Below are positions 18,787 to 26,830 of a stretch of DNA of 64,000 bases, in pieces. The stretch covers positions 6,496-70,495 of the forward strand of contig AQSC01000061.1 in assembly GCA_000402775.1 (NCBI GenBank), read 5' to 3'. Below the pieces are notes generated by a model. That model saw only the letters and a list, made by a program, of their open reading frames with translations. It ran no database searches and was not told the DNA's origin. The DNA is from Euryarchaeota archaeon SCGC AAA252-I15 (GTDB lineage: Archaea; Altiarchaeota; Altiarchaeia; IMC4; SCGC-AAA252-I15). Positions within the stretch are counted from its first letter, which is position 1; each line of letters begins with the position of its first letter. The position numbers and the translations under genes are program-made.

Positions 18787-19368
18787 TTTATACGGGTCGA
18801 AGTATACTAAATCATTCTCAGTAACCATCTTTTCGACTCCTTCAAAATCCATTAATTTAATTTCAACTCCTTGAAGTAATTCGCTGGCTTTACGTAATGC
18901 CTTTTCGTTCACGATATTGGGATTTTTGTAACGACCGAATGGTACATTAAACTCTCCCTTCGAGTTTTCTCGATATAATCCATTAAAGCAGGTTTTATTC
19001 AGATACAAAAACATGGCTGATTCCTCAATTCCCCCAGACTTTGAATTGAATCGATCACGTATTGAATAGAAATACTCCTTGGAATGGTTCTTATCATGGA
19101 TCTGAAGGAAGTCGATAATATCGCCAACCGAATCCCTAACATTAATGTAACAGTCAACAAGGGTTTTATTAGAATCGGATAAGACTATCTTTTCCGGAGA
19201 GAACTTCTGTTTAACATAATAAAAGACTGCTCCGCCTCCGATAAATGGTTCAAAATAGCTGTTAAAATCGGGGGGAAAATAATGTTCAAACTGTTTCAAT
19301 AATTGAGATTTTCCGCCCGCCCATTTTACAAAAATAGGAATTTCATATCCGTTCATATGATATATCAT
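18769..19368 (-). pseudogene. Dam-family (D12-class) N6-adenine DNA methyltransferase, C-terminally truncated a few residues after motif IV
   Basis: N-terminal IFVKWAGGKSQLL and FEPFIGGGAVF are Dam motifs X and I. The ORF ends ...LVYFDPYKLETAI*: motif IV is degenerate (DPY instead of DPPY) and the ~100 aa that follow in full-length Dam are missing. No continuation is seen in other frames downstream. Confidence 0.55.
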
Positions 19369-19714
19369 TTGTGGGGAATTCTAATAAAAACCCACAGAGT
19401 CCAATAAAAAAATAAAAATATTGTGGCTCGCAACTCTTCACCCTATCGAGCTTGATTCGACTTTTCGAGTCTTGGTTGTTTAAAAAGTGGCTAAACGGGA
19501 AATCCTTCGGATTTCCCCAAGTTTTCTCCCTACATTCGTAAACTGAGTTTACTCACATATGTTAAATCCTATCGCGGAGAGTATATCTGTTGGTAATGAT
19601 TTATTTTTTGAAAAAGTCATTGTGCTTGCTTCTATGGAATTCTCTGACGTCTTTGGTGTGGTAAGTTTTGGTCAGAAGCATGTAGCTGAAGACGAAATTG
19701 GGTTGTTTGAGTAG

Positions 19715-20392
19715 TCAGTTTATTACTGTCCCAGTAAAGGATTCCCCATTTATCACGTCTTTTAGGTTTTCTAAGTCGTGCCCGTGAAGGATTATGGTTT
19801 TTACTTTTGAGCGGATTATTGACTCTACTGCCATCTTGTCCATGAGCGCGTAGTTGCCGGGGGATTGGGGGATGCCTTCTACCAGCGTTAGTAGTTCATC
19901 GGCCGACATTTCCTCGATAAGGGTTGCGTCACTAAATTTCTTCGGGTCTTTGTTGTAGACGCCGTCGATGTTGGAGGCGTTTATGAGAAGGTCCGCGCCA
20001 ACTGTTTCGGCGAGTTGTGCGGCAACAGCGTCTGTCGAGTGTTTGGGGTCGGTCCCTCCCATAACCACGATTTCTTTCGACTTGGCCTGCGCGATCGCTT
20101 CCGCTACTGTCTGAGGTATCTGCCTGTTTGCCCGCTTCCCAATCGCAGATGAGAGTAGAAGCGCGTTCAAGCGGGTGGCGTAAATGCCAAGCCAGTCAAG
20201 AAGTTCGTCAGAGGCGTCAAGTTTTCTTGCGGCTTGCTGGTATTTCCTGGCGATTTTTCCCCCGCCCACAACCACGTAAACCTTGTGCCTTTGGGTTAAT
20301 TCCCTTAAAAACTCTGCGACTTCCTCTAGAAAACTCGGATCTATTTCATCAGGAGCTAGTATGCTTCCCCCCAGCGAGAAAACAATCTTCAT
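19715..20392 (-). CDS. pyrH: Uridylate (UMP) kinase, archaeal type
   Basis: MKIVFSLGGSIL...VYVVVGGGKIARKY...GGTDPKHSTDAVAAQLA is the amino-acid-kinase fold with the archaeal PyrH signature. 225 aa. Confidence 0.85.
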   Translation of the reverse strand: MKIVFSLGGSILAPDEIDPSFLEEVAEFLRELTQRHKVYVVVGGGKIARKYQQAARKLDASDELLDWLGIYATRLNALLLSSAIGKRANRQIPQTVAEAIAQAKSKEIVVMGGTDPKHSTDAVAAQLAETVGADLLINASNIDGVYNKDPKKFSDATLIEEMSADELLTLVEGIPQSPGNYALMDKMAVESIIRSKVKTIILHGHDLENLKDVINGESFTGTVIN

Positions 20393-20437
20393 CGTATTTT
20401 ATTAGCCTTGTGTAAATAAAATAGCGGAGAGTTTAAG

Positions 20438-21340
20438 GTGAGTGGATTACTTGATTTACTGGTTTTCGGGGATACGGCAATAGACCATTTTTATGAAGTG
20501 GACTCGTTTCCAAAGACGAACACTGCAGCTGAAATATTTAATAGTCGAAAGTTTTACGGGGGTATGGGAGCAAATACTGCCGTTGTTGCGAAATCTTTGG
20601 GTTTGAGTGTTGGTCTTGTCTCGGTTATTGGAACGGATGTTGAAGACTACCGGAGGTACTTGGATAACTTGGGGATTGAATTACATTTGAAGGGTGTTTT
20701 CGGAGACACGACTCAATCGCTTTTCTTCAAAAATAACGGCTCGCAAATCAGTTTCTTCTACAAGGGAGTGACCGAAAAACTAGATGAATTAGAGCCGGGC
20801 AAAACATTTGAAAAAGAATTGATTAAGCGAACTAGCACGGTTTATCTCGGAAGAACATACTTAAACTTGCAGAAAAAAGTTGTAAAGTCGTGCAGGAGCA
20901 AGCTTTTAGTATATAATCCGGGATATGGAGTTTTCGAGTTTACGACCATACCTGAAGACTTCAAGCAGATTTTGTCTAAGACTTCCGTCTTGATTTTAAA
21001 CCAGCATGAACTAGACCACCTTATGGCTTTAGGTTTTAAGATTGGGGGTTCTCACGGACCCAAAACAACGATTATTACCAAGGGGGCTAAAGGTTGCTCG
21101 GTTTACGGTAGAAACACTGAAGTTGATATCGGCGGTTTTAAAACGGACGTGATTGACGCTTCAGGCGCAGGTGATGCCTTTAATGCAGGCTTTATCGCCG
21201 GGCAGGTTAAGGGTTATGACATCTTCGATTCCGTAAGATTTGGGAATGCGACTGCGTCATTTATTGTTGAGGCGTGGGGTTGTCAGACAAATCTTGCCGA
21301 CTGGGATAAAGTCAAAAACAGGTTCAACAGCATAAAATGA
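20438..21340 (+). CDS. PfkB-family carbohydrate/nucleoside kinase (ribokinase-like)
   Basis: C-terminal DASGAGDAFNAGFIAG matches PfkB signature 2 (DTxGAGD). N-terminal GG...N Rossmann-like region. 300 aa. Confidence 0.75.
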   Translation: MSGLLDLLVFGDTAIDHFYEVDSFPKTNTAAEIFNSRKFYGGMGANTAVVAKSLGLSVGLVSVIGTDVEDYRRYLDNLGIELHLKGVFGDTTQSLFFKNNGSQISFFYKGVTEKLDELEPGKTFEKELIKRTSTVYLGRTYLNLQKKVVKSCRSKLLVYNPGYGVFEFTTIPEDFKQILSKTSVLILNQHELDHLMALGFKIGGSHGPKTTIITKGAKGCSVYGRNTEVDIGGFKTDVIDASGAGDAFNAGFIAGQVKGYDIFDSVRFGNATASFIVEAWGCQTNLADWDKVKNRFNSIK

Positions 21341-22347
21341 GTGAATGGATTGCGTTTGATTGTGTTGGAAAGAGTGTTGAAAAGACAATTGATTTGTTGT
21401 TCAAGTCTTTTAATCTTAAATTTTGGCTTAAGCTTGCATTAGTTGTTTTTTTAATAAATGGGAGCGTTGGAAACAGCCTTAATTTACGTTTTTATGAATT
21501 TGATTCTGGGAATTTTGATTTGATGCAGTATCTCCCCATCTTGATTGTAATTACACTATTGCTCGTATTGATTGTTGTTTTTTTCACTTTTATCGGGAAT
21601 GTGGCTGTATTTGTGTTTCTTGATTCTGTTTTGAAAAAAAGCGTTAAACTAGTGGATGGATTGCACGAGAATCTTGGCCGGGGATTAAAATTGTTTTTGT
21701 TTATGATTTGTTTGTCGTTAATTTTCATTGTTTTCACGGGAATTTTATTCATTCCATTAATACTTATTTTACAGTTACTGTCAGGTGGTTTGAAATTCGC
21801 ACTAATTTTAGTTTACGGTTTCATTGCATTCATAATTTTATTCACAGCCTTGATTTTTTTGAGTGTTGTGGGTTTATTCACGGTTGATTTTGTAGTACCC
21901 TTGATGTATAGTAAGGGGGAGGGTATCCTCGACTCTTGGAAGAGTTTGTTGAAGGTCATAAAAAAGAATCAAGGACAATTCGTGATGTATGTGATTGCGA
22001 GAATACTATTAGGGATTGCAACCGGGATTTTATCCGCAATTTCTGGTTTCATCTTGGTTTTCATTCCATTTTTCATTATCGGGATTATTGTTGCAGTTAT
22101 CTCTGAATCGGGAAACTTACTATTTTCAAATCCAGCAATACTTGTTTCTTCCGGAATGATAATATTTTTAATAGCGATGGTTTTAGGATATTTGATGTCA
22201 ATAATCCTACTTCCAATATACGTATTCTACAGGTATTTTAGCCTTATTTTCATAGGAAAAATCATTCCAGAACTTGAGTTTTTCAAAGGGGAAAAAGAGG
22301 CTGATGAACCGAAAGTAAAGAAGGAACTTTACGTTGAGGTTGAGTGA
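21337..22347 (+). CDS. Hypothetical polytopic membrane protein (336 aa)
   Basis: Very hydrophobic, with about 8 predicted TM helices rich in F/I/L. It overlaps the stop of the upstream kinase. No catalytic motifs. Confidence 0.45.
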   Translation: MSEWIAFDCVGKSVEKTIDLLFKSFNLKFWLKLALVVFLINGSVGNSLNLRFYEFDSGNFDLMQYLPILIVITLLLVLIVVFFTFIGNVAVFVFLDSVLKKSVKLVDGLHENLGRGLKLFLFMICLSLIFIVFTGILFIPLILILQLLSGGLKFALILVYGFIAFIILFTALIFLSVVGLFTVDFVVPLMYSKGEGILDSWKSLLKVIKKNQGQFVMYVIARILLGIATGILSAISGFILVFIPFFIIGIIVAVISESGNLLFSNPAILVSSGMIIFLIAMVLGYLMSIILLPIYVFYRYFSLIFIGKIIPELEFFKGEKEADEPKVKKELYVEVE

Positions 22348-23307
22348 ATGAAAGCATACGTTGTTGGAGGATCAGGTTACACGGGTCGTGAGCTTATAAG
22401 AATCCTCGAATCTCATCCGAAAGTCGAAGAGGTTAAGGTGTCCTCTACGAGATTTTCCGGGAAGAAAGTGTCTGACGTTCATAAAACTCTCACGACAAGC
22501 CTTGTTTTCGAAGAGTTTAATGCATCAAGTGCAAATAGTTGCGACGTTGCTTTCTGTTGTGTGCCGCATACTAAGGCCATGGAGATCGTAAGTGAGCTTG
22601 AAACAAAGGTTATTGATTTGAGCGCCGACTTTAGGTTGAAGGATGTTTCAGTCTATGAAAAGTTTTACGGTGTCAAACACTCGAATCCAAAACTCGTGGA
22701 AAATGCGGTTTACGGTCTTCCAGAGTATTATCGCAAGGAGATTAAGGATGCCAGGATCGTTGCAAATCCGGGGTGTTATCCCACTGCAGTAGTGTTAGCT
22801 GTGAGGCCTTTAATTGAATCCTTTGACGTGCAAAGTGTAATCGCGGATGCGAAAAGCGGGGTTTCAGGGGCGGGAATGGTTAAGGAAGATGAGTATCAAA
22901 AGTTTGTGGGAGATGAGAATTTTAAGGCTTACAAGCTTACAACACACCAGCACGCTCCGGAAATAGATCAGGAGGTGGGTTTTCCTGTTTTTTTCACGCC
23001 GCATCTCGCCCCCTTCGATCAGGGAATTTTCACAACAATACACGCCTTAACACTTGCAAATCCGCAGGAAGTTAAGAGATGCTATGAGGAAAAATACAAG
23101 GATGAACCATTTGTGAAATTAGTAAAAGAGCCTGATGTCGCCTCCGTCAGAAATACGAACATGTGCCAGATTGGGGGGTTTGAATCCGACGGGAAACGGT
23201 GTGTTATCACTTCTGCAATTGACAATCTGGTTAAGGGAGCGAGCGGACAGGCAGTGCAGAACATGAACCTGATGTTTGGATTCAAAGAGACGATTGGTTT
23301 AGTGTAA
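22348..23307 (+). CDS. argC: N-acetyl-gamma-glutamyl-phosphate reductase (ArgC/LysY family)
   Basis: MKAYVVGGSGYTGRELIRIL is the N-terminal NAD(P) Rossmann motif. The catalytic-Cys motif is ANPGCYPTA. 319 aa. Confidence 0.85.
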   Translation: MKAYVVGGSGYTGRELIRILESHPKVEEVKVSSTRFSGKKVSDVHKTLTTSLVFEEFNASSANSCDVAFCCVPHTKAMEIVSELETKVIDLSADFRLKDVSVYEKFYGVKHSNPKLVENAVYGLPEYYRKEIKDARIVANPGCYPTAVVLAVRPLIESFDVQSVIADAKSGVSGAGMVKEDEYQKFVGDENFKAYKLTTHQHAPEIDQEVGFPVFFTPHLAPFDQGIFTTIHALTLANPQEVKRCYEEKYKDEPFVKLVKEPDVASVRNTNMCQIGGFESDGKRCVITSAIDNLVKGASGQAVQNMNLMFGFKETIGLV

Positions 23308-23308
23308 G
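23272..23308 (+). repeat. Direct repeat, copy 1: the native 3' end of argC (ATGTTTGGATTCAAAGAGACGATTGGTTTAGTGTAAG)
   Basis: 37 nt encoding MFGFKETIGLV*. It recurs at 25439..25475 with two substitutions, both synonymous. Confidence 0.85.
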
Positions 23309-23452
23309 ATTAACAAAGGCGAGTAAACGAAGCTACGAGCGTAGCGAGCAGTTTGGGGAAATTTGAAGTTTCCCGTTTAGTCGCTGTTAACTGAACGAAG
23401 CCAAAGGGGTGAGGAAAGTCCCATAAGGGATGTAGAGTTGCGAGCCGCCGCC

Positions 23453-25297
23453 TTAGATTATTAATGATAGGCTGATGAGATTCCAACCTGTAAGTAATTC
23501 ACAGAGGTGGCAGCGGTATACGCAACCTGACATGATATTACTTGAATCATTGTAGTTGAAGACTGTGTTACATGTGTTATTGTCTCCTGTTGTTGCATCG
23601 CCGTCGTATATGTCGTAGTATGCACCCCCTGAGATATTGTTAAAACAAAAGTAGTTATCATACAATGCATTCCCTGTGCTGAGATTGTCAATGTAAGAGC
23701 CCCAAGTATTGTAATCTGCAGTATTGTTGATTAAAGTGTTATTAGTTGATTCTAAAATTATTATACCTGCACTGTTGTTCCTAGCTGTGTTTGATGTCAA
23801 TGTGTTGAAATTACTAGATGATATGAGGATAATCCCTCCCTCATCGTTGTTAGTTACAACATTATTAGATAGAGTATTGTTACTCGACAACTCAAAAAAC
23901 ATGCCATATTCGAAATTCGATACATTACATTTTTTAACCGTTACATTACTCACATTTAGTCCAACAATACCAAAATAAAGCCCTTTTCCTTGTATTTTAT
24001 GTCCACGACAATCTAACGTTATGCTGTCGGTTCCAACGATTAATCCCTCCAACGAATCCTTATCAGAGCAATTAAGGTCGGCATTCAAACTAATGTCGGA
24101 CGTTAAAATCTCACCGCAGGGGACACAGGGATTCACACACCCTGTCGTGTTCGTGTCATTGTATTTGTAGGTTGTGTCACAGGTGTTGTTTTCACCTAGC
24201 GTGTTACCATTTATATAGATGTCATTGTAGATAGTCCGTTGTAGATTATTAAAACAAACGCGATTACCATACAATTTATTTTCCATACTTGAATTATCAA
24301 TGGACAAACCATGACGTAGATTATAGTTGACTGTGTTATTACTAAATGTGTTATTGAAACTATATGGAATAAGTTTTATTCCAAGTCCATTATTGTTAAC
24401 TGTGTTTTCTTCGATTTGAGTATGGCTAGATGATTCGAGATATATTCCCTCATCATCATTATTGCTCACCGTGTTGTTTATTATTAAGGAATTAGTAACT
24501 GTATCGAAGAAAACACCAACATCATTTCCAATAATACTATTATTGAAAAGCTTATTGCCAGTTGACAAGAAAGAAAAAACACCATAATCGCCGTTAATAA
24601 TTGTGTTAGATATTATTGAATTGTAGTCACTTGACGGGCGCATGTATATACCTTCGTCATTATTGGATATAGTGTTATATGAAAGAATATTACCATCCGA
24701 CTCATCAATAACGATGCCATCATCGCTATTATCATTGATAAAGTTGCCAATAATCGAGTTATTGTGTGACCCAACAAGATAAATCGCTTCTGCACTCCCG
24801 TTAATAATAGTATTGTTTAAGATTGTATTGCTTTCACCCAAAAGTATCCCTATGCCTCCATTGTTATTTGTGAGAGTATTAGATGTGACATTGGTTAGAT
24901 TTGATGAAAAAATGAGGATAGTACCCTCACTAAAACTCAGAGTATTATTGTAGAGGAGACAATTATTCGATAAATCTAGGAATATGCCGTAGTCAAAATC
25001 CCGGATTACACAATTCTTTATTGTAACGTTTGAAATATTATGAAGCTGGATGCCAAAGAAGAACGGCTCACCTGAATCATTCAATGACTCATTTCTAGAA
25101 ATCAAATAACCATTACAGTCAAGTGTGATATCGTCAACACCCATTATCAAACCATGGCCACCGCAGTCAAGATTCGAAGATAAGTTAGTGTCCACAAGGA
25201 TTGTGTCTCCACAAGATACAGCATCAGCTACGGAGATAAGAAAAACAAGTAACACAATACACCTAAAGAACCTACTAGTTACGCCCATATTATCCAC
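23453..25297 (-). CDS. Secreted surface protein with two tandem parallel beta-helix (PbH1/NosD-like) domains, very rich in N-glycosylation sequons, with a C-terminal hydrophobic anchor
   Basis: Signal peptide MDNMGVTSRFFRCIVLLVFLISVADA. Two ~290-aa modules with repeated NxxxN/GIxL beta-helix rungs (NTISNNDEGIYM..NTIINGDYGVF..NSIIGNDVGVFF..NTVSNNDDEGIYL). Cys-rich caps (NNTCDTTYKYNDTNTTGCVNPCVPC / NNTCNTVFNYNDSSNIMSGCVYRCHLC). Dozens of N-x-S/T sites. Ends LISLSLII. Confidence 0.7.
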   Translation of the reverse strand: MDNMGVTSRFFRCIVLLVFLISVADAVSCGDTILVDTNLSSNLDCGGHGLIMGVDDITLDCNGYLISRNESLNDSGEPFFFGIQLHNISNVTIKNCVIRDFDYGIFLDLSNNCLLYNNTLSFSEGTILIFSSNLTNVTSNTLTNNNGGIGILLGESNTILNNTIINGSAEAIYLVGSHNNSIIGNFINDNSDDGIVIDESDGNILSYNTISNNDEGIYMRPSSDYNSIISNTIINGDYGVFSFLSTGNKLFNNSIIGNDVGVFFDTVTNSLIINNTVSNNDDEGIYLESSSHTQIEENTVNNNGLGIKLIPYSFNNTFSNNTVNYNLRHGLSIDNSSMENKLYGNRVCFNNLQRTIYNDIYINGNTLGENNTCDTTYKYNDTNTTGCVNPCVPCGEILTSDISLNADLNCSDKDSLEGLIVGTDSITLDCRGHKIQGKGLYFGIVGLNVSNVTVKKCNVSNFEYGMFFELSSNNTLSNNVVTNNDEGGIILISSSNFNTLTSNTARNNSAGIIILESTNNTLINNTADYNTWGSYIDNLSTGNALYDNYFCFNNISGGAYYDIYDGDATTGDNNTCNTVFNYNDSSNIMSGCVYRCHLCELLTGWNLISLSLII

Positions 25298-25438
25298 TAG
25301 AATTGAGGAATTTAATACTTACAAAAAAACATTTATTGTTCAGCGGTGAGTTAACATTTCAGTGAACACATAATATTCGTTAGAGTCATCGAGACTTAAA
25401 GTCGAGGATGGCTCATTTGTCGTCGGCAAACTCCGACA

Positions 25439-25475
25439 ATGTTTGGGTTCAAGGAGACGATTGGTTTAGTGTAAG
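25439..25475 (+). repeat. Direct repeat, copy 2: a displaced remnant of the argC 3' end (ATGTTTGGGTTCAAGGAGACGATTGGTTTAGTGTAAG)
   Basis: 35/37 identity with 23272..23308. Both differences are third-position and synonymous (GGA>GGG, AAA>AAG). The sequence upstream of the remnant has no argC similarity. Confidence 0.85.
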
Positions 25476-26800
25476 TGTTTTTTCTGGGTCTTCCAGCTTC
25501 CCCTTCTGAACCAGGCGACTGCAACAATAAATGCGATTAGGGATGAAAATAGTATTCCGTACCATATTCCTTGGATGCCCATGGTTCTTGAAAAAATGTA
25601 TGCTAGTGGGATATTGAATATTATCACCCTGATTATTGTTAGGGCGAGCGATGGTAGGGCGTGGCCGGAGCCTAAGAAAGCCCCTGAGATTACAATGCTT
25701 ACGCCTATGAAGAAATATGAGAGGGGTACAATCCTTAGAAAGCTGGATCCGTATGAGACGACTAGGGGATCATTGTTGAATAGCATGATAATCTGTTTTG
25801 AAAAGATTATGAAGAATAATCCGAGTATTGCCATGCAAGCAGTGGCAAGAAGCCCTGCCTTATAAGTCATTTCTTCAGCCCGCTTAAATTGCCCGGCACC
25901 CACGTTTTGACCGACTAGCGATACTACCGAGATTGAGACTCCAAGTGCTGGGAGGATTGCAAGACTATCCAGGCGGAAGCCGATCCCAAAGGCTGCGAGA
26001 GCTTCAGTCCCGAAACCGGCAACAATTATTGTTAAAAGAAACATGCCAATACTCATTGAAAGGTTCGAAATAGATGATGGTACTCCAACACTGAATATAC
26101 CCTTCACGTATTCGAGGTTGAAGGAAAACTTGTGAAGCTTTATCTTAAGCCAAGTCTTATCCATGAAAAAGTAGGCGAATATTATTAGCATCCCAAAAGC
26201 CCTAGCAGCAATAGTCGCAATAGCCGCCCCCTTAACACCCCAACCCAAAGTGAAAATGCAGATGGGATCCAAGATGATATTTAAGATGGCTGCAGCCCCC
26301 ATACCGTACATTGGAAACTTCATCTCGCCTTCACCACGGATTATGCTGTTTCCGACCATAGCCAGAAAAAAGATGGGGGAACCGAGAAGAATGATGTGGA
26401 TGTAGTCAAGTGCCAGATCATTTACGACTTCTGTCACACCCATCAAAGAGAAAAGAAAACCTGTGGAGGCAATACCACCGACCATGAAAAAAATTGAGAG
26501 GACAAATGCGAGAACAAGAGCGTGTTCCGCGACCTCACCTGCCTTGACGTAGTTTTTCGCCCCGAAACATCGGGCGATTAAGGAGGTTGAGCCGACACCC
26601 AAACCCGTTGCAAGAGAGATTATGAGAAATACTACTGGAAAACTCACACTTACCGCGGCAAGTGCGTCTGCGCTTATTTTCCCGACAAAGTATGCGTCAA
26701 CAATGTTGAAGGCGCTCTGCAATGCGAAGGCGACGACCATAGGCCATGACGTCGACAAAATAGTCAGTAAAACAGACCCTTCAGTTAGATCCTTAGCCAT
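25466..26800 (-). CDS. MATE-family efflux transporter
   Basis: 444 aa, 12 predicted TM helices with a two-fold internal repeat. The N-terminus MAKDLTEGSVLLTILSTSWPMVVAFALQSAFNIVDAYFVGKI is typical of the MATE (NorM/DinF) start. Confidence 0.75.
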   Translation of the reverse strand: MAKDLTEGSVLLTILSTSWPMVVAFALQSAFNIVDAYFVGKISADALAAVSVSFPVVFLIISLATGLGVGSTSLIARCFGAKNYVKAGEVAEHALVLAFVLSIFFMVGGIASTGFLFSLMGVTEVVNDLALDYIHIILLGSPIFFLAMVGNSIIRGEGEMKFPMYGMGAAAILNIILDPICIFTLGWGVKGAAIATIAARAFGMLIIFAYFFMDKTWLKIKLHKFSFNLEYVKGIFSVGVPSSISNLSMSIGMFLLTIIVAGFGTEALAAFGIGFRLDSLAILPALGVSISVVSLVGQNVGAGQFKRAEEMTYKAGLLATACMAILGLFFIIFSKQIIMLFNNDPLVVSYGSSFLRIVPLSYFFIGVSIVISGAFLGSGHALPSLALTIIRVIIFNIPLAYIFSRTMGIQGIWYGILFSSLIAFIVAVAWFRRGSWKTQKKHLH

Positions 26801-26830
26801 CCAAGAGAAAAGGTAGTAAGCCTTAAAAAA

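Noticed and set aside
16886-19714. Direct repeats flanking the methylation island (ilvE end vs pyrH end)
   Set aside because: I found only weak, gapped similarity between 16925-16950 and 19715-19740. It is not convincing as att-like repeats.
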